64,000 bases of DNA, taken from Pseudomonadales bacterium. Lineage in GTDB: Bacteria; Pseudomonadota; Gammaproteobacteria; Pseudomonadales; Ketobacteraceae. Numbering within the stretch: the stretch's first letter is position 1; each line of letters begins with the position of its first letter. A model generated the notes under the pieces. It was not told the origin of the DNA. It did not search any database and saw only the letters and a list, made by a program, of their open reading frames with translations. Positions 39,653 through 49,002 of the stretch are shown in pieces. The stretch is from the NCBI GenBank assembly GCA_002701845.1, contig NZXG01000051.1, positions 46,568 to 110,567 of the forward strand, in the 5' to 3' direction. The position numbers and the translations under genes were made by a program.

Positions 39653-40684
39653 TTAAATCATCTCTTCGCCGCCCTTGCCACCAAGGACGATTTCGCCGGC
39701 CTCCGCCATGCGGCGGGCAATGGCGAGGATTTCTTTCTGCGCCCCTTCCACTTCACTGAGTTTGACCGGTCCCTTGGCCTCCAGGTCATCCCGCAACAGT
39801 TCTGCAGCGCGCTTGGACATATTGCCAAAGATTTTTTCCTTAACCACTTCGTCGGCGCCCTTCAGGGCCAGGATCAGGGATTCGGAGGAGACTTCACGCA
39901 ACAACGCCTGAATGCCCCGGTCATCCACATCCGCCAGATTATCGAACACGAACATCAGATCCTGGATTTCCTGGGCCAGATCCTCATCCACCTCTTTAAT
40001 GGATTCCATGACCTGGGATTCAGTATTGGTATCCAGGAAGTTCATGATATCAGCGGCACACTTGGTACCCCCAAGATCGGTGGAGGCAGAGCCGGTTTGC
40101 TTGGCGAACTGCTTCTCCAGGATATCATTGAGCTCCTTCATGGCGTGGGGTTGCACCGATTCCAGCGTGGCAATCCGCATGAGGATGTCCAACCGTACCC
40201 GTTCATCGAAATATTTCAGCGCCTCCGCTGCCTGATCCGGGTCCAGGTAGGCGATGACAATGGCCTGGATCTGCGGGTGCTCGAAGCGAATCATGTCCGC
40301 CACGGAACGGGCATCCATCCAGCGCAGCGTATCCAGCCCCGTGGTGTTGCCGCCGGTAAGAATTCGATCCACCAGGGTGCCGGCTTTGTCCTCCCCCAGG
40401 GCATTCACCAGCATTTTGCGGATATAGCCATCGGCCCCCACCCCCAGCGCGGTCTGGTTGGAGATCACCTGCATGAAATCCGCCATCACCGCTTCTACCT
40501 GGTCCTTCTGCACATTTTGCAGTTTGGCCATGCACAGGCCGATCTTCTGCACCTCTTTCGGCCCCATATGCCGCAGCACCTCGGCGGCGTTTTCCTCACC
40601 CAGGGACATCAACAAAATAGCCGCCTTTTCCAGGGCTGGCATAGACTTTATCAGGGCATTGGCCTGAGGGTTCTGATCACTCAT
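39653..40684 (-). CDS. fliG: Flagellar motor switch protein FliG
   Basis: KAAILLMSLG, EHPQIQA and MFVFDNL motifs. Confidence 0.97.
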   Translation of the reverse strand: MSDQNPQANALIKSMPALEKAAILLMSLGEENAAEVLRHMGPKEVQKIGLCMAKLQNVQKDQVEAVMADFMQVISNQTALGVGADGYIRKMLVNALGEDKAGTLVDRILTGGNTTGLDTLRWMDARSVADMIRFEHPQIQAIVIAYLDPDQAAEALKYFDERVRLDILMRIATLESVQPHAMKELNDILEKQFAKQTGSASTDLGGTKCAADIMNFLDTNTESQVMESIKEVDEDLAQEIQDLMFVFDNLADVDDRGIQALLREVSSESLILALKGADEVVKEKIFGNMSKRAAELLRDDLEAKGPVKLSEVEGAQKEILAIARRMAEAGEIVLGGKGGEEMI

Positions 40685-42356
40685 TGGCAATCCAGGTTTT
40701 CACCACCTGCGCTACTCGTCGGGGGTCTTCAGCCACCATGATTTTTACCGCGTCCAGATGCTGATCATAGGACGCGTCCGGACCCGGCAGCAATGGGTTA
40801 CCTGAGCCCGCCAGGGTCACTTCCGGAGTTTCGCCGCCGGCGCCGGCACCCGCCAGCAGACCCTGGTCCAGTTGCGATTCCAAAGCAGCCAGGGAATCAT
40901 CGCGGCCAGCTTCCGCCAGCTTTTTCAGTATAGGCCGGAGCACCCCAAAAATCAGGATCAACAGCAACAGAAAGCCACCACCACGTTTGACCAGATCCCA
41001 GAACCAGGGCTGTTCCCACAAGGACGGCGCGGGAATATCCTCTATCTGCTCGGGGCTGTAGCGGCGGAACGGCTGGTTCACCACGGTGACACTGTCACCC
41101 CGGGCGGCATTGAAGCCCACCGCATCCCGCACCAGCACGCGGATGCGTTCCAGTTCCTCGGCGGTTAGAGGCACACTTTGCGGTTCATTGGTTTCCGCGT
41201 CCGCCGGCGGCGGCATCATGATATTGTCCACTACCACCGCCACCGTCAGCCGTTTCACCACACCCACCTGATGCCGGGTATGACTGATGGTGCGATCCAC
41301 TTCAAAGTTGCGGGTGGCCTGTTTGCGCACGTTGCCACTGGCGGTGGTCTCCTCCCCATTGGCCTCCCCGGCCTGTTCCGGCACCGTGGCGGCTCCCGGG
41401 GGCTGATTGGACAGGGCGCCGGGAATACCGGCATTGGCGGCGCCAGGCCCCACCACTTCACTGAGGGTCTGTTCACTGCGCACCGCGGGCAGATCGGGAT
41501 TGAAGATCTCCGAAGTCTGTTCGGTTTTACTGAAATCAATATCGGCACTGACCTGCACCTTAAAACCTTCCCGGCCCACCAGGGGATCGAGAATGCCATT
41601 AATACGGTCAATGTATTTCTGCTCCAGCTGCTTGGCGTAATCCAGTTGCTTCGCCGCCAGCGCAATATCAGAGTCTTCTCCGGTGTCGGATAACAGCTGA
41701 CCACGCTGGTCCACCACCGTCACATGCTTATCTTGCAGTTCGGGGATGCTGGAGGCCACCAGATGGACGATGGAAGCCACCTGCATCCGCTCCAGGGACT
41801 GGTTGGGATAAAGCTCCACGAACACCGAGGCACTGGGCTTGCGACTGTCATTCACAAATACGGAACGTTTGGGAATCGCCAGGTGCACCCGTGCACCCCG
41901 CACCCGGTTCATACTGGAAATGGTGCGCGCGAGCTCACCCTCGATACTGCGATAATAACGGGTTTTTTCCATAAACTGACTGGTACCGAAGCCCTGCTCC
42001 TTGTCCAGCAGCTCGTAACCCAGGGTATTGCCGGTGGGAAAGCCCTCAGCCGCCAGTTTCATGCGGGCCTGATGGATCTGGGCGGACTCCACCAGAATCA
42101 TGCCGGAGGCGGTGTCTACCTTGAAGCGGATGTTTTCCCGTTGCAACAGATCCGACACCTGGCCGGCCTCGAGGTGGGAAATATCTGTGTACAGCGGCCG
42201 GTAATCCGGCTCCTGGGTCATCAGTACCACCCAAAGCCCCAGCGCAATACTGATGGCCAGGCCCACCATCAGGCCAATCTGTTTTACCACACTGAGCCCA
42301 CCCAGCCCTTCCAGAACCGCGAAGCCGCCGCTCTCCTTGGATTTGTCTTCCGCCAT
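40677..42356 (-). CDS. fliF: Flagellar MS-ring protein FliF
   Basis: GFGTSQFME, EGELARTI, ARVHLAIPK, RSEQ and ARGDSVTV motifs. Confidence 0.97.
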   Translation of the reverse strand: MAEDKSKESGGFAVLEGLGGLSVVKQIGLMVGLAISIALGLWVVLMTQEPDYRPLYTDISHLEAGQVSDLLQRENIRFKVDTASGMILVESAQIHQARMKLAAEGFPTGNTLGYELLDKEQGFGTSQFMEKTRYYRSIEGELARTISSMNRVRGARVHLAIPKRSVFVNDSRKPSASVFVELYPNQSLERMQVASIVHLVASSIPELQDKHVTVVDQRGQLLSDTGEDSDIALAAKQLDYAKQLEQKYIDRINGILDPLVGREGFKVQVSADIDFSKTEQTSEIFNPDLPAVRSEQTLSEVVGPGAANAGIPGALSNQPPGAATVPEQAGEANGEETTASGNVRKQATRNFEVDRTISHTRHQVGVVKRLTVAVVVDNIMMPPPADAETNEPQSVPLTAEELERIRVLVRDAVGFNAARGDSVTVVNQPFRRYSPEQIEDIPAPSLWEQPWFWDLVKRGGGFLLLLILIFGVLRPILKKLAEAGRDDSLAALESQLDQGLLAGAGAGGETPEVTLAGSGNPLLPGPDASYDQHLDAVKIMVAEDPRRVAQVVKTWIANE

Positions 42357-42382
42357 CGTTCAAACTCCGAACCGCAATCCCG

Positions 42383-42718
42383 TTACACCGGCATATTCAT
42401 AATATCTTTGTAGGACTCAACCAATTTATTGCGCACCTGAACCACGGCTTGAAACGCGATACTGGATTTTTGTGAAGCCACCATTACCCGGGTGATATCC
42501 ACGTTATCGCCGCGCACGTAGGCTTCCTGTAAATTACCGGCCTGGGATTGCAATTCCGCCACCTGGTCCACGGCGTCTTTAAACATACTGGAAAACTGCG
42601 GCTGAGACTGGTTGGGTATGTCAATTTTCTGGCCTGCGCCGGGTTCACGGCTGGCAATACTGCGCAGCTCCTGCATCTGTGCCAGCAACCCGCTCATTTC
42701 AACTGGACCTGCCATCAT
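42383..42718 (-). CDS. fliE: Flagellar hook-basal body protein FliE
   Basis: VMVASQKSSIAFQAVVQVRNKLVESYKDIMNMPV C-terminus. Confidence 0.96.
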   Translation of the reverse strand: MMAGPVEMSGLLAQMQELRSIASREPGAGQKIDIPNQSQPQFSSMFKDAVDQVAELQSQAGNLQEAYVRGDNVDITRVMVASQKSSIAFQAVVQVRNKLVESYKDIMNMPV

Positions 42719-42756
42719 TCGTTCCTCGGTCTGTTGTTATTTTGACACTGGTTTGG

Positions 42757-44091
42757 TTATGCACAGATTCTTTCAACATCTATGCCACATTCCCGCATCC
42801 GCGCCAGCTTGTAACGCAGGGTACGGGGGCTGATGCCAAGCTTTTCCGCGGTTTGTTTTTTACTGCCACCCAGAGCACGCAACGTGTCAATAATCAGTTC
42901 AAACTCACGCTTTTTCAGATCCTCTCCCAGCACACCACTATCCACAGCGTCGTCTGCAATCACCGGGGTCTGCTCCAGCATGGCATCGGGAATGAAAATA
43001 TCCGCGCCGGTAATGCGTTGGTGATCACACAGAATCAGCGCCCGCTGGATCACGTTGTCCAGCTCCCGGATATTGCCCGGCCAGTCGTGCTGCAACAGGG
43101 CCAGCTCGGCAGTGGGATCCAGTTGCACCGCCGCTCCCCCGGGCTTGGCTGCCAGCATATGACGAGCCAGCGGCAGTATATCGGCTTTGCGTTCCCGCAG
43201 CGGTTTCCACTCCAGGGGAAACACGCACAAACGATAGTACAGATCTTCGCGGAACTTACCGGCCTCCACCTGGGCCCTTAAGTTACGATTGGAGGTGGCC
43301 AGCACCCGCACATCCAGGGCAATGGTTTTCTTGCCCCCGATGCGCTCCACCTCCCGCTCCTGCAACACCCGCAGCAGTTTGGCCTGCAGGTTCACATCCA
43401 TCTCGGATATTTCGTCCAGTAACAGGGTACCACCGTTGGCCTGTTCGAATTTTCCAGCGCTGCTCTGATAAGCACCGGTAAATGCGCCTTTTTCATGACC
43501 AAACAGGGTGGCTTCCAGCATATTTTCGGGAATCGCGGCGCAATTGATAGCAACAAATGGCTGTTGACGCCGCTGGGAATGACGATGGATATAGCGGGCC
43601 AATACTTCTTTCCCGGTGCCGCTCTCACCCATGATCATGACACTGGAATCCGTCTGCGCCACTTTCCGGGCCAATTGAAAAATACCTCGGGTGGCCTCAT
43701 CCTCTGCCACCGGTTCATCGGCTCCGGGTCCGGTATGAACAAAGCGTTGCGCTACCGCCAACAACTTGTCGGTGGAAAAGGGTTTTTCCAGATAGTCCAC
43801 CGCACCGTTGCGTATGGCTTCCACCGCGTTGGAGATGCTGCCATAAGCAGTCATGATCAACACCGGTAACTGCGGCCACTGACCGGATATTTCACGCAAT
43901 AGCTGGTAACCGTCAATTCCAGGCATATTGACATCGGAGATCACCAGATCACACTGGTGTTGTCGCAGCCAGCTGAGCGCCGCCTCGCCATCATGGACCC
44001 CCGCCACGGAAAAATCGGCCATCAGCAGGGTGTCAGCAATGGCTTCACGCAAGTTGGCGTCGTCTTCCACCAGCAATATATTGGTTCTCAT
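42757..44091 (-). CDS. fleR: Sigma54-dependent response regulator FleR (FlrC)
   Basis: REC domain, [15 protein letters not shown]-terminal Fis HTH (GISPRTLRYKL). Confidence 0.93.
   Translation of the reverse strand: MRTNILLVEDDANLREAIADTLLMADFSVAGVHDGEAALSWLRQHQCDLVISDVNMPGIDGYQLLREISGQWPQLPVLIMTAYGSISNAVEAIRNGAVDYLEKPFSTDKLLAVAQRFVHTGPGADEPVAEDEATRGIFQLARKVAQTDSSVMIMGESGTGKEVLARYIHRHSQRRQQPFVAINCAAIPENMLEATLFGHEKGAFTGAYQSSAGKFEQANGGTLLLDEISEMDVNLQAKLLRVLQEREVERIGGKKTIALDVRVLATSNRNLRAQVEAGKFREDLYYRLCVFPLEWKPLRERKADILPLARHMLAAKPGGAAVQLDPTAELALLQHDWPGNIRELDNVIQRALILCDHQRITGADIFIPDAMLEQTPVIADDAVDSGVLGEDLKKREFELIIDTLRALGGSKKQTAEKLGISPRTLRYKLARMRECGIDVERICA
42773..42787 (-). promoter_or_regulatory. 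Probable sigma54 promoter of the fliE operon, within the fleR 3' end
   Basis: TGGCAT-AGATG-TTGA (the -12 GC reads GA). A FleQ-like half-site GTCAAAATAAC lies in the leader at 42733-42746. Confidence 0.4.
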
Positions 44092-45317
44092 CAGGCATAC
44101 CTCGCTTGCGTCTGGTTGTTTTCATCGGCCGACATCAGGGGCAGCACGATGCAGGCTTCCACCCCCCTCCGCTGGCCGTTATTCAGAGTGAACTGACCGC
44201 CGTGGGATTCGACCACGGCTTTCACCACCGGCAGGCCCAGGCCCGTGCCCGTGGATTTAGTGGTAAAAAACGGCTCCATGACCTGCTGCAACTGCTGCGG
44301 ATTCAGCCCAGGGCCATTATCCACCAGCTTCAATTGCAGCAAACCTCCGACGATGATCTGACAGTGCAACTCCAGCCGCGGCGCCATACCTGCCCCCTGA
44401 CAGGCCTGTACTGCATTCTCCACCAGGTTGCTGAACACACTCAGCAGCAATTCCTGATTGCAGCGCACGGCCCCGGCTTCGACATCGCTAACCACCTCCA
44501 CCACCAGGCTGAAACGGCGGGTGTAGTCCTGCAGCATTGATTGTAATAATTCAACCAGACGGGACACCGGCAACACGCTGTCGAGCACCACGCCACCGCG
44601 GGAAAAAATCAGCATATCCCGCACCTGTTGATCCAGTTGCAGCAACTGGCCCCGCAATTTTTCGGCGAAACGCTGGCGCTGATGGGTCGGCAACCGGTCA
44701 CTACACAGGTGATCGGCATAAAGAATGGCGGTGGAAAGCGGCGTGCGGATTTGATGGGCCAAGGATGCGGTCATCCGGCCCATTTCGGAAAGCTTGCGAT
44801 GATGGTTCAGCTTCTGTTGCAGGCGCCGGGTCTGGGTCTGGTCGTTCAGGACAATAATCTGACCGGGCTCGTGAGTCATGGACTGGGTGGCCAGACTCAC
44901 CAGCTTGCCGTTACGCAAGGCAATCTCATGGCCGTCCGCCGGGCTCGGGGCAAAGCATTCCTGGATCACCTGAATCCAGCGCGCGCCCACCAGCGATTGC
45001 TCAAACAAGGCTTCAGCGATGGCGTTGGCCTGCACGATCGTACCGCGACCGTCCAGCAGAATAACCGCCACCGGCATAGTATTGACGATCAGGCGCACCC
45101 GCTCTGCCAGCGCCTCTTTCTCCCCCAGTTCCCGCATCCGCTCACTGTCTGCGACGGCCAGTTCCTGCTGCAGATCGTCGACCCGCTGCTCCAGTTCCAG
45201 ATAGGAACGGGTGAGTTGGCTGGAAATGCTGTTAAACGCGGCAAAGGTTTTCTGCAGGCGGGATTGCAGGTCGCCCTGGGTGTGATCACGATCTTGTTTG
45301 GTTACTACAGCTCGCAT
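44091..45317 (-). CDS. fleS: Sensor histidine kinase FleS (FlrB)
   Basis: PAS domain, AHQIRTPL, N box (NLVENA), DNGPG and GTGLGL; no TM helices. Confidence 0.93.
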   Translation of the reverse strand: MRAVVTKQDRDHTQGDLQSRLQKTFAAFNSISSQLTRSYLELEQRVDDLQQELAVADSERMRELGEKEALAERVRLIVNTMPVAVILLDGRGTIVQANAIAEALFEQSLVGARWIQVIQECFAPSPADGHEIALRNGKLVSLATQSMTHEPGQIIVLNDQTQTRRLQQKLNHHRKLSEMGRMTASLAHQIRTPLSTAILYADHLCSDRLPTHQRQRFAEKLRGQLLQLDQQVRDMLIFSRGGVVLDSVLPVSRLVELLQSMLQDYTRRFSLVVEVVSDVEAGAVRCNQELLLSVFSNLVENAVQACQGAGMAPRLELHCQIIVGGLLQLKLVDNGPGLNPQQLQQVMEPFFTTKSTGTGLGLPVVKAVVESHGGQFTLNNGQRRGVEACIVLPLMSADENNQTQARYA

Positions 45318-45353
45318 GGGATGTCCCTGAAATTGACGCTTCGAGCTGTATAA

Positions 45354-45369
45354 AGCAATCCCTGTGCCG
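45354..45369 (-). promoter_or_regulatory. Sigma54 promoter of fleSR
   Basis: CGGCAC-AGGGA-TTGCT, with a FleQ-like box GTAATTACATTGAC at 45385-45398. Confidence 0.75.
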
Positions 45370-45467
45370 ACAGCAAATTACTTAGTAATTACATTGACTT
45401 AACGAAACCGTAAAAGGTCAGCGACGGGATTGTGACGGCCATGCGCGCAAGGCCGGAGGAAACCCGG

Positions 45468-45992
45468 TCAGAACAGCGGCTTGCTGGCGGTGACGTTCAG
45501 ATTTTTGGGCATATCCTTTATCCGGTTAATGGCCACGTAGCCACTGGCCTGCAGAGTATCCCGCAGCAGTGGCCAGTCATAGCCGGATTTATGCACGTCC
45601 CACAGGCGATCGAAACCCTCCCGCTGGTGTCCCCAGAAACCCCGCACCGCGTGTTGCTCCAAGGTCAGACCTGAACTGCCGCTGACGCGCCGGGTTCTGC
45701 GTTCCGGGTCAAGCCATTGCTGAATATGGTATTCCATATTGGGTACAATCATCTGCATCTGTGCTCCCGGCTGCATAATCCGCAGCCATACCTGCAGGGT
45801 GCGCTCCGCCTGGGGGAAGGTCAGATGCTCAAAGAAATGCCGGGAATAAATAGCCTCGACACTCTCCTCAGCAACGTGATCGGCTATTTCCCAGGCATTG
45901 CAAACGAATTCAACGTTGGGGGCGGGGCGGATATCCACGCCCACAAAACCTGGCCGGGGTTGAGCCTCTCCGCATCCGAATTCCAGTTTCAT
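45468..45992 (-). CDS. Class I SAM-dependent methyltransferase
   Basis: KLEFGCG motif I, GVDI, YSRHFFEHL motifs. Confidence 0.85.
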   Translation of the reverse strand: MKLEFGCGEAQPRPGFVGVDIRPAPNVEFVCNAWEIADHVAEESVEAIYSRHFFEHLTFPQAERTLQVWLRIMQPGAQMQMIVPNMEYHIQQWLDPERRTRRVSGSSGLTLEQHAVRGFWGHQREGFDRLWDVHKSGYDWPLLRDTLQASGYVAINRIKDMPKNLNVTASKPLF

Positions 45993-46005
45993 GGTGGCTC
46001 CTACC

Positions 46006-46593
46006 TTATTTGCTGGCGACCGCAATCATGAATTTGCCATCAGGTCCCGTATGTATCTGAGGTTGCCCGCCACTTTTCTGATGATACCAGTTACGTACGG
46101 TGAAGCCCCCCAACTGCAACAATTCCTCCAGCTCTTGAGGGGTGTAATGACGCACATGATAGGGGTTGACCGGGGGCATGGCCCAGGGCCGGATCAACTC
46201 ATTGGGGGATGAAATAATCAGTACATCCGCCAGTTCACCGAACAGTTTTACCGCCTCTTCGGCAAACGTCACATGCTCGATAAATTCAAAGCAAACGATG
46301 GCGTCAAACTGCTGATCTTTGTCGAGCGCCAGCAGTGACTGGTTCAGGTACGTGATATTGGGTCGGGCGAAATACTGTCGGTAGTGCTGGTAGGCTTCAG
46401 TGCTGATGTCCACTGCGGTCACTGCCTGGACCCACTCCGCCAGCATATGGCTGCCGTATCCCACACCGCAGCCGGCATCCAGCACCCGCGCAGTGAGATT
46501 ATTCTGGCGCAGAACTTCAATGGCCAGTTGGTAACGCATGGTATGATCCGGTCTGGATTCTTCCAGCCGGGTGATCATTTGTCTCTCAGCCAT
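46006..46593 (-). CDS. Class I SAM-dependent methyltransferase
   Basis: VLDAGCGVGYGS, AVDIS, FDAIVCFEFIEHV and SSPN motifs. Confidence 0.88.
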   Translation of the reverse strand: MAERQMITRLEESRPDHTMRYQLAIEVLRQNNLTARVLDAGCGVGYGSHMLAEWVQAVTAVDISTEAYQHYRQYFARPNITYLNQSLLALDKDQQFDAIVCFEFIEHVTFAEEAVKLFGELADVLIISSPNELIRPWAMPPVNPYHVRHYTPQELEELLQLGGFTVRNWYHQKSGGQPQIHTGPDGKFMIAVASK

Positions 46594-48301
46594 GTTCAAC
46601 TCCACTTGTTGCTGGCGCCGCCGCTGCCGGGCTGGCAGTCAGACAAACCTGATTGACGTACCAGTGATACCAGCGCCGGTAAAGTTGCTGCCGCTCGGTG
46701 ACGGAATCCTCATTGACCCGGGCCCAGGTCAGGTCCAGATCCTCCAGTTGTCCCTGAATTACCGCGGTCTCATATTCACAGCGACCGAACACCACCACCG
46801 GCACGTCGTACAACATCGCCTCCTGACCGACCCCGGAGTTGATCACGTAGACCGCTCTGCAGCGGGGAATCATTTCGTGAATATCCACGTCGGTAACATA
46901 GCGTACATTGTCATAACCACTGATAATGGCTTTCAGGGGGGCCATGGACGCGAGATTCACGGGATGACCCTTAAACACAATCATGGGCCGGTCTCCGCCC
47001 TGATCAGCCCAGCGGCACAACGCCTCAACGAACGCCTCACAGGACACCGGGGAGTGCCATTGAATGGTCTCATCGTGAGGCAGTTGCAGCGGTACAAAAA
47101 TAAAGGGTTTTCCCGGATCCATGGATTTGCCCCGGGGTTGCTGGAACTTGGTACCACCGGCTTTCAAATAGCGCCGCAGTGCATCGAAAGCGCTGTCATC
47201 ATAGGGTTGCTTTGGGTCAAATTGCTGCACAAACTCAGCGCCGCCCCCCCAGCCCAGCCGATCAACCGTAAACATCCAGGGAAACACTGTCTGCATGTAG
47301 TACAGGGTATTATCATTGCCATGCCAGTTCTGCCGTTCCACGTGAGGCACCAGAAAAACCGTACCCGCCGGAAACAACGACTGGATACTGTTGTTAAACA
47401 TCCAGCGGGGCATCTCAACAATCAAAGGCGATTCCAGCTGTTGATATAAGCCCACCACAAAATCCTGCCAGTGCTGTCGTATCGGGGGCAGCGGCCCGGG
47501 TTCCGCGGTCACCAGGCCCGTGTTCTTGAAGGGAATGTCCAGCCGGGGGGCCAGGATTACATTGGCGAACTGGCAAACCAGTACCTGCCATTGATCAAAC
47601 TCACGTTTCTTTGCCAGATAACGCTCGTTGTCCCGCTTACGGGGGCCTTTACCGGTCCAGATACTGGTACCGGTTCTAAATTCCCAATCCATAAACCGGC
47701 CATCAAAATGATGGACAAATTGTTCCGGCACCTGCTGGAATATACTGGATAGCGCCACCTGATCGGCATACCAATTTAGAGGCATGGTGGCAATGGTTTG
47801 CGCCACCGCATCAGCCACATTAAGGGCTTCATCCGTCATATACACGACGCCGGCCGCCACCTTGGAAGCCTCCCGCAGCCAATGAGCATCGCTGCCAACA
47901 GCAGTACGTGGGAAAAAACCGCAGGGTTTGTCCGGCAGGGACAGCGCCTGCATCACCAGGCAGTCGATATCCAGTACTAACACTTTACCCGCTTTAGGCA
48001 GCAGAGAAGGCAACACCAGAAACCTAAGGCAGGCATAGTACGTCCGGGCTTCCTCCGGGGTCAGGCCTGGTGGCAAGTCATTAAAACTGTAAGTCAGTCG
48101 TCGCTCAGTGGTTGCGTTCAATATTCCCGCCAGGGACAACACCTCGGGGCTTGGATTCACCACGTGCAGATGAATGTCCGAGCCAGCGGCGTCTGCAGAA
48201 TAAACAAACGCGGGCGCATGCTCCATAAAGTACCGGCTGTCACAGGCGGCGAATACTACCGGCCAGGACGGCAGCTCTCCGTAGAGCTGTAAGGCACTCA
48301 T
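46586..48301 (-). CDS. Two-domain glycosyltransferase: GT-A-like N-domain + KpsS/KpsC-like (PF05159) C-domain
   Basis: N-terminal LDID (DxD). C-terminal FVPLQLPHD, FKGHP and VINSGVGQEAMLYDVPVVVFG match capsule-biosynthesis protein motifs. Confidence 0.7.
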   Translation of the reverse strand: MSALQLYGELPSWPVVFAACDSRYFMEHAPAFVYSADAAGSDIHLHVVNPSPEVLSLAGILNATTERRLTYSFNDLPPGLTPEEARTYYACLRFLVLPSLLPKAGKVLVLDIDCLVMQALSLPDKPCGFFPRTAVGSDAHWLREASKVAAGVVYMTDEALNVADAVAQTIATMPLNWYADQVALSSIFQQVPEQFVHHFDGRFMDWEFRTGTSIWTGKGPRKRDNERYLAKKREFDQWQVLVCQFANVILAPRLDIPFKNTGLVTAEPGPLPPIRQHWQDFVVGLYQQLESPLIVEMPRWMFNNSIQSLFPAGTVFLVPHVERQNWHGNDNTLYYMQTVFPWMFTVDRLGWGGGAEFVQQFDPKQPYDDSAFDALRRYLKAGGTKFQQPRGKSMDPGKPFIFVPLQLPHDETIQWHSPVSCEAFVEALCRWADQGGDRPMIVFKGHPVNLASMAPLKAIISGYDNVRYVTDVDIHEMIPRCRAVYVINSGVGQEAMLYDVPVVVFGRCEYETAVIQGQLEDLDLTWARVNEDSVTERQQLYRRWYHWYVNQVCLTASPAAAAPATSGVEHG

Positions 48302-49002
48302 GCCCGCTGGCCCACGCTGGATTTGGCGGCCGCATCTTCCACGTACAGCATGTTGTCCCGCATTTGAAACCATTCACTGGCGTAGTCACAATCAATGTAG
48401 TCACTGAAATAGGGGCCGCCCTCCGTAAAATGCACGTTCTTGGCTGCGGGATCATAGGGGTCATAACCCACCAGGTGATTCCAGCCGTGGTCGATTTCAC
48501 CAATCAAGCCGTCATCTTCCAGCCACTTGAACTGGTGTAACTCCAAACCGCTGGCCGTGTTGACGTACTCGGGGGTCAGAGCTTTGCATCGTGCACAGTT
48601 CATTAGCATCACGCTGGACCAGTTTTTCTTTGCATAACGTGTCTGGGGCTGATTGAGGAACTTGACATCATGGGTGGGACGATGATCGTGCTTAACCACT
48701 TGTACCGCGAACCGGTCATCACGGGCAGCCCAAAGTTGTGCCATATCGCCTCGGACCATCATGTCACAATCCATAAAAATCGCCCACCCCTGATAGTCAC
48801 ACAGAAACGGCACCAGAAATCGGGTCATGGAGAATTCCGTGGAGGATAAATTGTTGCGCGGTCGGGTATGGATGTGGCTTAAATGCTTTAACATCACCGG
48901 GGTGATGGCAACCGGTTCCGATGCGTTTATCTCAATACTATGAGCCAGTACGTTGTAGGCCACAGTTTCTTTTGGATCGTACCCGATAAACACCCTGATC
49001 AT
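48298..49002 (-). CDS. GT8-like nucleotide-diphospho-sugar transferase (plant CDI-like family)
   Basis: FIGYDPKE..AY, STEFSMTRFLVP, FMDCD, KKNWSSVML, LHQFKWL, WNHLVG and HFTEGGP motifs. Confidence 0.8.
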   Translation of the reverse strand: MIRVFIGYDPKETVAYNVLAHSIEINASEPVAITPVMLKHLSHIHTRPRNNLSSTEFSMTRFLVPFLCDYQGWAIFMDCDMMVRGDMAQLWAARDDRFAVQVVKHDHRPTHDVKFLNQPQTRYAKKNWSSVMLMNCARCKALTPEYVNTASGLELHQFKWLEDDGLIGEIDHGWNHLVGYDPYDPAAKNVHFTEGGPYFSDYIDCDYASEWFQMRDNMLYVEDAAAKSSVGQRA

